A DNA stretch of 60,252 bases, counting the filler, from Nemertoderma westbladi (taxonomy: Eukaryota > Animalia > Xenacoelomorpha), in NCBI GenBank assembly GCA_032718475.1. It is 3 parts of 3 records of this genome, joined end to end, with 100 filler letters (N's around TTAATTAATTAA, not from the genome) between each part and the next. Parts side by side here need not be neighbours in the genome. Positions count along the whole stretch, not along the records: positions 1 to 23,894 come from JAUCBJ010005329.1; 2 more parts are not named here. One strand, given 5' to 3'. Both the position numbers and the translations under genes were made by a program. Positions 1 to 11,754 of the stretch are shown piece after piece. Position 1 is the stretch's first letter; the number at the start of each line of letters is the position of its first letter. The notes beneath the pieces are model-generated. The model was not told the DNA's origin and searched no databases. It worked only from the letters and a program-made list of their open reading frames with translations.

Positions 1-132
1 CAGAAAGTACAAACTATCAATTTCATTGTGTTATGGTACGGTACCAGTAGTATACAATAAGTACTGAAGTAAGTAGTAAGTAAGTGCAATAATAGATAGG
101 CGTTGCAGGCCATGCAGGGGTGGGCAGTTTAA

Positions 133-2154
133 CCCTTTCCGGCCGACTGTATATTTTTGTATACACTGAATTTATTTCACTACGAATTGCATAATTTTAA
201 CTAATTATAGTTGGTTTCATCCAATTGTGGCACTATCACACTTCCTTTACTTATAAATTACCGATTCGGATTGGATAATTGTAGTAGAAGGCTTCAATGA
301 ACGATTTTAGATGCCGTGTTTTCAGGTATTGACATGATGACTACCTGGTATAGGAAAGATGGTTATTTAAACGCTTTGGTAAAGCGATATTGAGAATTTT
401 GATAGGGTATTCCAAAGATGGATTGTCCAATGAGATAATAATACTTCCAGGATAAACTTTACAGTACATGTAGGCTGGTAGTGTTATTGATAAATCACTG
501 TATACATTTGTCTACGTTAGGTTTATAAAGTTGGGGAATAGAAGTGGTGCAGCCACAGTTGTGGAGTAGATGTGGTGCAGCACAGTTGGGGAGTAGATGT
601 GATTCAGCCACCGTTTGTGTGATGTGGTGCATCCACCATTGGGGTGTAGGCCTAGATGTGGTGCAGCCACCATTTGGGGTGTAGGCCTAGATGTGGTGCA
701 GCCACCATAGGGGAGTCGATGTTGACCATTGGGGTGTAGATGTGGCGCAGCCACCATGGGGAGTAGATGTTGACCATAGGGTAGTAGAGGTGATGCAGCC
801 ACCATTGTGGATAGATGTGGTGCAGTCACCATTGTGGAGTAGATGTGGCGTAGAACCATAGGGGAGTAGATGTTGACCATTGGGCCTTGGGAGTAGAAGT
901 GATGCAGCCACTATTGGGGAGTAGATGTGGCGCAGTCACTATTGGGCCTTGGGAGTAGATGTAATGCAGCCACAATGGGGAGTAGATGTGGCGCAGTCAC
1001 CACTGGGGAGTATATCTAGCACACCCACCATTAGGGAGTAGATGTGATGCAGCCACTATTTGATGAGTAGATGTGGCGCAGTCACCATTGGGCCTTGGGA
1101 GTAGATCTGATGCAGCCACTAATGGGGAGTAGATGTGTCGCAGTCACCATTATTGGGGAGTAAATCTGGCGCACCCACCATTGATAAGTAGATGTGGTGC
1201 AGCCACCATTGGGGAGTAGATGCTAACCATTGATGAGTAGATGTGGTGCAGCCTCCTTAGTGGAGTAGATGCTGACCATTGATGAGTAGATGTGGTGCAG
1301 CCACCATTGGGGAGTAGATGCTAACCATTGATGAGTAGATGTGGTGCAGCCTCCTTAGTGGAGTAGATGCTGACCATTGATGAGTAGATGTGGTGTAGCG
1401 ACCAATGGAGTAAATGTTGACCATTGGGGAGTAGATGTGGTGTAGCCACCATATGGAGTAGATGTTTACCATTGGGCCTTGGGAGTAGATATGATTCAGC
1501 CACCATTGGGAGTAGATGTGATTCAGCCACCATTGGGGAGTAGATGTGGTGCAGCCACCGTTGGGGAGTATATGTTGTACACCCACAGTATACAGGCAGG
1601 GCAGATAGACATACAAACAATTGAAAAAAGTCAGTCAATACTGTTTTTTTCAAGCTTGAACAAAACTGACAGAAAAAAACCTTCACTGTATAATTCTTCA
1701 TTTTAAGTTTTTTGTCCCACTGTGTTACTTTTAAACAACGTGTGTTGTGAAAACACACAAAATTATAAAATTTTGGCATTTTGGCAAATTTCACAGTATT
1801 GACAGCTTTTTATTACCAAAAAACATAATTTAAATTTTTATAATTAAAATTGCCTGCTCGTTGCATGCTTTGTTTATTCTACATATATATATATATAGAG
1901 AGAGAGAGAGAATATACTTACTATACGATTTATGTATGTAAGTACTTACAATCTAGAGTTCGTATACAAAAGTATACATTGGGAACATGTTTCATATACC
2001 TAACGTATACTTTTGTATACAATAAAAAAAACAACATTGGAAATAATTTTTTGAAAATTTTTTCATCGAAAATTATTATTTGGTGTATAATTAACCCATT
2101 AACAAGACCAACCAATTTTTTTTCCTAAATTAAATTAATTCAGGCCGGAAAGGG
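133..2154. mobile_element. Non-autonomous piggyBac-like element
   Basis: Perfect 12-bp TIRs CCCTTTCCGGCC (133-144) and GGCCGGAAAGGG (2143-2154), flanked on both sides by TTAA (129-132, 2155-2158). CCC termini with a TTAA TSD are diagnostic of piggyBac. No transposase ORF seen. Confidence 0.85.
535..1575. repeat. Degenerate ~27-28 bp minisatellite (GGGAGTAGATGTGGTGCAGCCACCATT) inside the piggyBac-like element
   Basis: Unit and truncated variants repeated in tandem; accounts for the repetitive ORFs at 512-1794. Confidence 0.9.
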
Positions 2155-3021
2155 TTAACAATACTTACATGATTTGGACCTATTATAGTTTACAGTACAA
2201 TCGTCCAGCTAAGTTCTAACTGCTTTGATGCGAGGTATGTTGACTGGTGAGCTCAGCAGTGGATTCGGGTATTTATTCTACTGTGGGGCGAGCCACGAAG
2301 TGAGTGAGCCTTAGCGTAGTGGTACCATTAATCAACCTGTGGGGCGAGCCACGAAGTGAGTGAGCCTTAGCGTAGTGGTACCATTAATCAACCTGTCGTT
2401 CTGTCGTTCTGTCGTTCTGTCGTTCTGTCGTTCTGTCGTTCTGTCGCGTTTTTTTTCAGTATTTTATTTTAAACGTTAATAACTCGGCCAATCCTTGATG
2501 AAATCTATCCAAACTTGGTACACATGTTGTTTGGCAAAAGTTTGAAAATTTTCCAAGTAGAATTTGCGTGGGGCCTTCGTGCAGCATCAGTGTAACTGTT
2601 ATTGCAGTTATAATAAATTTATTTATCCAAATTTAAAATGCGTTAAATTATTATTACTGTAGGATAAATCAGCTGGTTTTCTGACAAATTTTGCAATTCT
2701 GCATGTACCATGTGTACCGGTACTGTCAGGCTGTACTCAATCCCTGAATCGAGAATCCTGCTAGGGTGCATTTATAGTCAGATGCCGTCCGATCCGATCC
2801 GATCCGATGCATTTCGGCAATTATTGTAGCTACAACTGTCAGACTGCAGACTGTACAAGCCTAGCTGCTTAGGCTAGGCCTACTTCTGTTTTGCCTAACA
2901 CTGAACGCAGTCTGGTTGTATGACTATTGCTGTATTGGCCTATTGCATTAGGCTATTGTATATGGCTGTATGGCATGGCAGTACTGCAGTATGCAGGTAT
3001 GGCAGTACTGCAGTACACAGT

Positions 3022-3895
3022 ATGGGATCATTCGTAGCTCTGTAGCTGACTGTGGTGTTCAGAAGGAAATCGGACGCGCGTTGGACTGTTGGATGTCCTG
3101 GAATGGAGTCTACCGACCAACTTGCAGGGTGAGGCTGTCCCTCTGCAGCTCTGATCCTGGGCGGTGGAGACTGTGCTGATGGCGGCGGAAGCGGGAAGAC
3201 CGGGGCATTCTGTATCCCGATACTACAGCTGGTCCATGAAACTCTACGGTACAAACTCCGAGATGGAAAACTCGATGGGAAATCGGGGGGAAGAACTAGG
3301 CCTACGAAATTTCAGTTGAACTCATTCGATAGAGCGATAGAGGTGACCAGTTGGCCATCTCCCCGGACGGTTGCTGTGTCATGCGCGTGGCCAGAGGAGT
3401 TGGCACGGTACCCGGACGACTAAAGGAATAGTCGGATCCGGTCGTTTCGTTACTATTCAGCTATTACGAGGCGACGGTAAAGGACGAGGTGCGAGGGCCC
3501 ATGCCGGGTTAGTTGGAGCACCGGAAGCGCGACACTCGATATCGGGACTGATAAAAATAGTTTTGGCTTCGGAGGAAACGGTAAGAAGTGTTTCGGGCGG
3601 CATTTTGACGACTATGGACAACCATATGGACTAGGCGACGTGATCGGTTATCGGATCGATCTGGATGTGGGCACAATTGGGTACCGGTACAGTAAAAACG
3701 GAAGTGATCTCGGGAAAGCTTTCGACAGTTCGAGATTCCCGCTAATTTACGCAAACTCCCGTTATTCCTGTATTCCCGCAGTCTGTGGTCTGTCGGTATC
3801 TTTAAAGAATGCTGAAATTATGTTTATTTTCGCCGAATTTATCCGTTTATCTGCGCATCTTCTTTCCGGGTACACCATTGTATCCCGGGCGCCGT
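3022..3895 (+). pseudogene. DDX1: Frameshifted 5' fragment of DEAD-box helicase DDX1 (Q motif, motif I and SPRY insertion)
   Basis: Translation across frameshifts gives MGSF..DCGVQKEIGRALDVLEWSLPTNLQGEAVPLILGGGD-VLMAAE..GKTGAFCIPILQLVHETL. It continues WHGTRTTKG..YYYEATVKDEGPCRVSWSTGSATLDIGTDKNSFGFGGNGKKCFGRHFDDYG..SKNGSDLGKAFEIP..LKNAEIMF. This matches the DDX1-specific N-terminus plus SPRY domain. Many small indels. Confidence 0.9.
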
Positions 3896-4072
3896 TTTGT
3901 ACCTACAATGTACCAAGTTGTGTAACTTTTGTACCCATTGTACCAAGTTGTGTACCTTTTGTACTTATTATGTACCAAGTTGTGTACCTTTTACACCTAC
4001 TATGTACCAAGTTGCGTACATTTTGTACCTATTATGTAACAGTTGTGTATGGTCTTGTACCTATTTATGTTT
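3895..4072. repeat. Short ~30-bp tandem repeat (TGTACCAAGTTGTGTACCTTTTGTACC...) at the end of the DDX1 fragment
   Basis: About 5 degenerate copies visible. Confidence 0.75.
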
Positions 4073-6384
4073 CCTAAAGTAAAGATGTGTAATCTGATTA
4101 TTATTATGATTGCTACATAACATGGTATAGAGACTATCTTATCTTATAACCGTTATCAACAGTGTTGTAGTCATAATTTGCAACGTTTCATTGAAATAAT
4201 CACTTGAAATATTCGAATACATTCTACCCATAATAATTAATACTAATTATTGTAAAACTATTTTTCTATGCGGAAATCCAGACTGAAAGTCTCTCTCTTG
4301 ATATCTGTTGTTCCTTTGCGTCAATATAATTAGAGTGTATTTAACAAATTTATTGTATCCGTTGAAATGTATTTGTAAACAATAATTTAGTTGTCATGAT
4401 TTTTAAGTAAGATTAGGTTAATTAAATAAAGCCTTTATAAAATGTATTGTTTATTGTAAACGTTTATAAACGCCAGCTTTAAATCGTTCAACAAAAACAT
4501 TCCTAACAACAACTTTGTCTAAACCCGTCTATGTCTAATTATCTAATTATTTAGTTAATGGAAGGGTCGCAGCCGTCAGCTGGTGGTAACCCGTATCGTT
4601 CCAAAGATGTGGAGGAGAGACGCGACGTGTGTGGCACTCCTTTCCATTAATTTGTAATGATATCGTTTATTGTTTTGGTTAGTTAGGTTTCGGTATGGAG
4701 ATGGTGTTCTGCGCAATAAAATAATTATCTTATATTTAATTATTTAAGAGGCAATAAATATACTTTAGTATTTTAGCCGCACAAACTTTCATAACATGTG
4801 TGGTAGTGGAAAATATTGAAGTAATTAAATGACTATTTTAAGACTATTTTAATTGCAAAATTATATTATATTAAGAAATTTACTGCTTAAATTTACTTGC
4901 ACATGCCTTAAACCACAAAGCCACTGAACTTACCAATGGAGATATTTCCAGTGACCATACCATGGACCAATCGCAGGAGACATCTACCTTCTCACCTGTG
5001 ACACCTTCACATGTGCAATGTGGGCAGTGCTGAAAGGCTATGCAACCAATACAGAACCAAACTACTATGTTTGTATGTTGGATGGGCTAAATGTCTAGCA
5101 TCAATAAGCTAAACTTGGAACCACCATTATACTATCAGCTGGCTATGATGCCACTACTGCTCAAATTTTGGCGCCCCTTGGAAGGTGCCCCCCCCCCCCC
5201 CCCCTTCTGCACGCCACTGCACGTTTCGGAAACAAGCTACAGTTCGAAGAAGAAAACTTTGAAGAAAATTTCCCGATTTTTTCCCGAATTCCCAAAGTTC
5301 CAGAATTTTACAAAAATATCAGAGTGTTTTATAATGGATATCTCCGGGTAGTAACTAAATTTTGAAAAAAAATAGAAGTCTTTTCCCAGAGAGGTCTGTT
5401 TTCGAGCAAGTCGGTACCCACTGGTACGGATTTACCACATTACCTTTCGCTAGGGAGGGGGCAAGCCCCCCCCCCCCCAAGATACCTGCGGAGGGGCAGA
5501 TGCCCCCTTGCCCCCCCCCCCCCCCCTAGAACCGCCACTGTCTACCGAGCATCACCATCCTGTCCCATAATAACTTCGTAGCGGCTTTGTGTCGACGGTC
5601 GAAAAATGACCATACAGTAGTGCTTTTTTTCTGACCTTCGTCCTGGAACCCTACGCAGCCGGGTACTATATAGCTATACACCGGCTTTCATTGCAGTAAA
5701 GAAAAGTGTAGGCGCCGTATAACCGCGGTATAATCAGTTTTCAGATCTAGCTCCTCTACTAATTTATTATGCCCTATATTAATTAAATAAAACACCGCAA
5801 AGATAGGTGGAATATTCTGATATTCAATTAAAGGGATATTGCGTTAGAGAAACTGTGATAGGCAAAACAGAAGTAGGCCTAAGCAGCTAGGCTTGTACAG
5901 TCTGCAGTCTGACAGTTGTAGCTAGAATAATTGCTGAATTGCATCGGATCGGATCGGATTGGACGGCATCTGACATATAATTCTACCTCGAATCCTGCAA
6001 TCAGTCAATACTGCAATACTGGTCAGCCGGTACCATACACTGCAGACATGCCATATCATGTAATCTAATTAAACATGGCCCCGGAACCCTTGCGGTGATT
6101 ATAGTTTAGGCCTAATTAGCCCAGTACCGGCACCGGTAATAATAATATAATAGTTTAGATAGTTACCGCTAATCATTCAGTCATTGGCACGGTACACCGT
6201 ATTGCTGTACTGCCGTTGTAGTGCGCACCGTAGGTACCACCCATGGCCTACTACACACAGGCCATGACAAGGACTTTGCTGTGAAATTAGCGTAGGCTGA
6301 CTGTGCTGATTATGGTACTGTCAGACTGTGGTACCTAAGCTATATACTGTTAGGTATATTGCTGTATTGGGGTGGGGTTAGGAA

Positions 6385-6845
6385 TACACTCAGACACTGG
6401 GAATACGGCGGTCGGTCAGATCGTAATGCGGGCCACTGCCAAGTTCCTCATGCCTCACTCCGGTCACCCACCTTGGAGTGCGGTGGGAAGAGTCCCACTT
6501 ACTGACTTACGTCGACGACTGGACGAATCGACGAGGATTGCGATCTGGGTTTAGCGGCGGCCCGGATCCTGGTATCGCCTGGGGGAAATGGTTGAACGCC
6601 GGGCATACTTGTATCGCACTGGATTACGTTCTCTGCGACGTGAAAGTGTGAAGCGAATTCGTTGTCGAATTGGGTCGAAAGCTGCGGGAATTCTACTGTT
6701 CTACGGGAGTAAACCGCAGCGGTCCGGTGACTACGGACGGATACTACTGGGATAAGCAGGTATTTCGATCGAGTTTCTCGTATTCTCGATGCTCGACAGC
6801 TCGAGGCGGATAGAGAGTTGGTTGTGTTGGGCGGTGTTGTTCAAT
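6385..6845 (+). pseudogene. Frameshifted internal fragment of a class-3 aldehyde dehydrogenase (ALDH3-like)
   Basis: Translation across indels gives [84 protein letters not shown]..FDRV. This follows ALDH3 motifs (YTGxTxVG, LELGGKSP, WGKxxNxGQTCIAPDY, DYGRI). An in-frame TGA and several insertions are present. Confidence 0.85.
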
Positions 6846-6989
6846 TCTATCAAACGTATTAAATAATTGGTAAAATAATAAAAACACACCAGATAAAGAT
6901 ACTGAGCTTATGGTAAAGAGATAGGCCGAACTTACAATTTCCAAATAGATTGTTCATATAATAAATATATTTTTGGTATTTGATTTCAA

Positions 6990-7165
6990 GATAGGGGGGG
7001 GGGGGGGACTGGACGCAATAAAAATTAATCCCTCTCCAGGGGAAATTGGACGCAAATAACAACAGCTGATTACTCTCAAAAATAAAACTGTAACCTGTTC
7101 TATTGTGTTTACTTTATTGTTTTGGTTAAAATAACGTGCCACTGTAACCTGCTCCTTTCCCAAGC
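6990..7165 (+). mobile_element. Truncated copy of the MITE family seen at 15463-15705
   Basis: Near-identical AATAAAAATTAATCCCTCTCCAGGGGAAATT...CTGTAACCTGCTCCTTTCCC segment. Confidence 0.7.
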
Positions 7166-7563
7166 TGCATCCCTAGGTATTATTATTATAAAGAGCGTCA
7201 GCCTGCGTTTAATAAATATATTTTAATACAAAACAGGTCGAACACAAAGAGGCTTATAATGAAGACGAGTACTGCATTGATTATATTCCTATAAACCACC
7301 TGGCTTTGCATATTGAACGTGTGTTTGGAAATAAGTTCGTGCTACCCTTCCGTGGGTGGTAGATGTCGCGGTTATGTATTGGTGGGTGGGGGGAGGGGGG
7401 GGGGGGGTGCAGATTAAAAGGGGTGAACACGTACTTTCCCCCTTTCTTTGATTAATTGGTGGTGTGGGTTAATCTCTCATAACCTGATTTTGTGATACAG
7501 TCGCACAATTTTAATTTGTATCTCATAACTGGGCCTCGTGCTGCGCGAAGGCCCCACGAACGT

Positions 7564-9055
7564 GTCGTTCTGTCGTGTTCAATTTTAAACGTTAATAACT
7601 CGGCCAATCTTTGATGAAATCTATCCAAACTTGGTACACATGTTGTTTGGCAAAAGTTTAGAAATTTTCCAAGTAGAATTTCCGTGTGGCCTTCGAGAAG
7701 CTAAGATAATAGCAGTTAATTAGTTAATTAAGTTGATTGCGGTGAAAACGCCATTTTCAACCTGCCTTTTAAAGGAAATTAATTGTTTTACAGTATAAGA
7801 TTTAAATAATTATACTTAAAAATTATACAGATATAATCCCCATACGCCATTCTATTATAGTTTTTAATTAGTTTAAGTGATTTGCTTTAATAAATGTGTC
7901 TTTAATTGATCTAAACGTAATTAAACCGCACAATTATTGAGTACAAATTTAATCCTTCCCATTATTGGTCAAGTCTCTGCTGGTGTGGAGCTAGCTGCTG
8001 GGAGTTGTGGCGCTGTAGACTAACCTGAGAGGAATTGTAATAGAGGCAACCAGTATTGCTATTCCAGCCCAATCACTGAATTGTGTTTATTATAGGCTGG
8101 ACGGGCCGCATAACCGTTCGACTATTACTACTATTGCTATCTCAGTTAAATGACAGATATAATAACATAAATACAATCCATGGCATGGCTGTTGTAGGCT
8201 TCTGAAATAGTTTATTCCACAATGTATATGTCTGGTTATTTTTTAATTGAATTTTTGCAAAGTAGTAAAATTAATGTTCTTAAAAATAATATTATTATTT
8301 TATATGTAACCTAGGAAATTAGCTACATTTTTTCGCTGCAGCTTTAAGAGTGTACATTGATTTAATATTATTTCAATACCCATATTACTACATCGGCATA
8401 AGATGCGTTGGCGTTGTATCACACATCTCCACATATCACACATCTCCACATAGATGTATCAACAGTTACTCGCACAGTTTCGAAACTTCGCATAGTTATA
8501 ACTGTATAAAGATCGTCAGTCTGCGTTTAGGAAAAATATTTTATGACAAAACAGGACAAGCGACGAGCGCAACGAGGCATATAATGAAGACGAGTACTGC
8601 GTTGATTAAATTATTATATAAACCACCTGGCTTCACATATTGATCGCATCCCTAGTTATTATTATTATAAAGATCGTCCTAGCCTGCGTTTAAGAAATAT
8701 ATTTAAATACAAAACAGGACGAACGCAAAGAGGCTTATAATGAAAACGAGTACTGCGTTTATTATTTTCCTATAAACCACCTGGCTTTGCATATTTAACG
8801 TGCGATTGGAAATAAGTTCGTGCTACCCTTCCGTGGGTGGTAGATGTCGCGGTTATGTATTGGTGGTTGGGAAGGGTGGGGGGGGGGGGGGGGGGGGAGA
8901 TTAAAAGGGGTGAACACGTACTGTCCACCTTTCTTTGATTGATTGGTGGTGTGGGTAAATTTCTCAAAACCTGATTTTGTGATACAGTCGCTGCATTTTA
9001 ATTTGTATATAATAACTAGGCCTCGTGCTGCGCGAAGTCCCCACGAACGTGTTGT
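7564..9055 (+). mobile_element. Second head-to-tail copy of the Helentron-like element
   Basis: The core at 7585-7695 repeats 2468-2580, and the ~390-bp 3' block at 8649-9050 repeats 7170-7560, ending in CTCGTGCTGCGCGAAG(T/G)CCCCACGAACGTG. Confidence 0.6.
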
Positions 9056-9583
9056 ACTGCACAGTAGAGTACCGTATACTATTTTAAATAATCGGAGAGG
9101 CATTACGATGGGAAAGGGAAAGTTTAATCAAGAACGTTTCAAGTGCAATTAATTGCGTATAAAGTGCAATTAATTACTCTAATCAATAAATTTTTCAATT
9201 AATTGGACATCGCCCAATCAATTATTAAATTATCAAAAAGTGAGCAATCAATTAATTGGGATCAATTAATTGCAATTAATTGCAGCCCAATTAATTTTTG
9301 ACAACCCTTGCCTGTACATTAGATATAAATAAGTGCTTTAAAACACTTCATAAGGAAAAATTAATAAAATAAATATTATTTATAAATAAAACGAGTTAAA
9401 ACATGTGATATTCTTCACATGGGCGGGAAATAAAGATAAATTTACGAGAATCAAAACATCGCATAACTTATAATAACAAACTTTTTAAACATTGGTAAAT
9501 CCCGTTTGGGTAGCACAGACCTGAACAACACAACAACGTAAGATAAACTTCTTATTCGCAAAAGAAATACCAAAGTTGGTAAA

Positions 9584-10084
9584 TCAATTCGATCCATTCA
9601 ACGATTTTAAACCCTTTATTGGCCCAAAGCGATGGAATGGGTAGACCCTAAACACGACCTTAGCAACCAGTAAATTATAAGGTACAGAACCATAGTTACG
9701 GGAGTCCAATGAATCATCATGATAGCCTAGCAACCAAACATGTCCCTTTGGGACGTAGGATCTGAAAAAGCAAGTGTTCTGATTGGACGAATCGAGTTTA
9801 ATGTGGTCCCCTTCTTGGGCCACCAACTCTTTACATATATAACTATTGATCCCGGGATGTTCCGCAAGTGGATTTTTACATTTAACTACGTCACCGTTGT
9901 CCAGGCAACACTTAGTAACAGGCCGAGTACTAACACAAACAATATCGCCATTATACAGCAGAGGTTCCATTGATATTCCTTCGATTTCTAAGAGTTTCGC
10001 ATTCTTACTGTAAATTAAATAATAAATTGCGAATCCCGACAGTGAAGCATTCCATAACCAGTTAGAGAGACGGGGGAATAACAT
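9584..10084 (-). CDS. IMMP1L: Mitochondrial inner membrane protease subunit 1-like (S26 signal peptidase family), intronless, 166 aa
   Basis: EGISMEP (catalytic Ser box), ICK (catalytic Lys), VPKGHVWL and SLDSRNYGSVP motifs; length typical of IMP1. Confidence 0.85.
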   Translation of the reverse strand: MLFPRLSNWLWNASLSGFAIYYLIYSKNAKLLEIEGISMEPLLYNGDIVCVSTRPVTKCCLDNGDVVKCKNPLAEHPGINSYICKELVAQEGDHIKLDSSNQNTCFFRSYVPKGHVWLLGYHDDSLDSRNYGSVPYNLLVAKVVFRVYPFHRFGPIKGLKSLNGSN

Positions 10085-10424
10085 GGCGGGAACAACGGTA
10101 CATTACCAAATGTTACCTCGTTTGGCTATTAATCGCCCATCGTTAATGTTGTGATGTTTGTTAGCGCTATACTGATATATATATAACGATGTGGTATATC
10201 TGTTGCTCCATTTATTGTAATAAAATAAATTAAATGTAATTAATAAATAGTTAAGACTTTAACAATAATTAACCGAACAAGATACAAACCACATTAAATA
10301 AAAACAATTTCGGTATGTTACCGGTACAATTGCGTATTGGACATTAGTGTTTATCTGGCTTTGGGTGAAGAAACTACACAGTAGTCCTAGTTATTGTATA
10401 AAAAAAAATATTATGTACCGGTGT

Positions 10425-11030
10425 AGCAGAGAATTTCCACCCCCCTAAAAATTCACCCCCCGGTTAAAATTTCCTAGTGTATTTTCACCCCCCGGTTAGA
10501 ATTCACTGGTGTATTTTCACCGCCCGGTTAGAATTCACTAGTGTATTTTCACCACCCCCCCCCCCCCCCCCCCCCCTCCCGATTAGAATTCACTAGGGGA
10601 TTTTAACCGGTGGTGGAACTACTCTGGGTTATTTTTTAGTGAGATTTCACCTCCCTCAGTGTAATCTTACCCCCATGATATTTTAAATTTCAATATAATT
10701 TAAATTAAATATAAACCTACATACAGTATAAGCGAACAGACAAACGCAGATACCTTTAGTACACAGACAAACACACGTCTGCACGTTGGAGATTTATATA
10801 TAATAAAGTACTGTAGAAGATACAAAAAATACACAGGGAGTGAGAATACACTATGGAAATTTAACCGGGGAGGGATTTGCACAGAGTGAAAATTGATAAA
10901 TGCAGGGTGAGTTTTCACTGGAGGGGGTTAAAATACAGTAGGGAAATTACACCCCGGGAGTGACGAGTGACAATACACTCGGGAAATTAAACGGCGGAGT
11001 GATTTTGCATGAGGAGCAAAAATTCGCTGT
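10425..11030. mobile_element. MITE/foldback-like element with inverted subterminal repeats
   Basis: Ends CAGAGAATTT and AAATTCGCTG. Left TTTTCACCCCCCGGTTAGAATTCACTAG repeats are mirrored by right GGAAATTTAACCGGGG-type repeats. No TSD resolved. Confidence 0.5.
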
Positions 11031-11754
11031 GAACTGTTGTCCTGCAGTTGCCTTACAATGGGCCTACAACAGTTGAACAGTAGGCCTACTACTGTACGAC
11101 TGTACCTCGATCTATAATAATACTTAACGAAATAAATTTAAATGAAATCATCTATAAACTGTGTCTATACAGTCAAGACTGAAGGTGCGTAAAGCAGATT
11201 GATTACCTACTGTGTCACCATTAAATGGCAAACATACAGCAGTAGATACATGATACAGCACAGCCCAGTCCTGCAGTCTGCCAGTCACACGCTGACAGTT
11301 TAAAAACAAACAAGGAAACAAAGTTGCAAGTTTGAATTACCCGCGCATTAGCAATAGGGTGTTTCACGCTTGGGGGTTCCTGTTAGAGTAGTTACACAAA
11401 AAAAATATGCTCAAAGTTCCAATTCCACCACCATTAGGCCTAAACTGTTAATGTTATGTCTCCCTCCCTTTATTTTTAAAATCACAGACTGTGTTATATT
11501 GAGAGTCAACGATGCCCAGGGATGTACAGCCTTCTCCTTCTTTTTCAAAATAAATTTGACTACAATATGGTAGAAACTTACAGTACGTACTATTCAATAT
11601 TCACTGAAACATAATTAATAACAACATAACGCACAGTACATATGTTAGAAAATTTCGTTTGCTACCGCCAAACAGTAGGCCGGCATAGTGTATCAACGAA
11701 CACATGTTAATATGGGGTGACCGGCCGTTAATAATTTTTGTTATTGTCTAACAG

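Larger units (their letters stand above)
2762..5989. mobile_element. Mutator-like (MULE) non-autonomous element carrying a DDX1 gene fragment
   Basis: About 135-bp imperfect TIRs (2762-~2900 and ~5855-5989, both containing GTCAGATGCCGTCC-(GATCC)n-...-CTACTTCTGTTTTGCCTA) and a perfect 9-bp TSD GAATCCTGC (2753-2761, 5990-5998). Confidence 0.8.
2281..7563 (+). mobile_element. Helentron-associated (HINE/DINE-1-like) non-autonomous element with nested cargo
   Basis: 5' TGTGGGGCGA-CCACGAAG module duplicated as a 56-bp tandem (2281-2392), followed by a (CTGTCGTT)n microsatellite and a conserved core ATAACTCGGCCAATC...AAACTTGGTACACATG. The 3' end carries the inverted GCCCCAC motif (~7550). The same architecture recurs at 24216 and 25608. 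Confidence 0.55.

Noticed and set aside
512-1794. Overlapping His/Pro-rich ORFs
   Set aside because: Translations of the minisatellite inside the piggyBac-like element.
4555-4652. Short GC-rich ORF bounded by TTAATGGAA and TTCCATTAA inverted ends inside the MULE
   Set aside because: Too short to tell a captured fragment or mini-element from chance.
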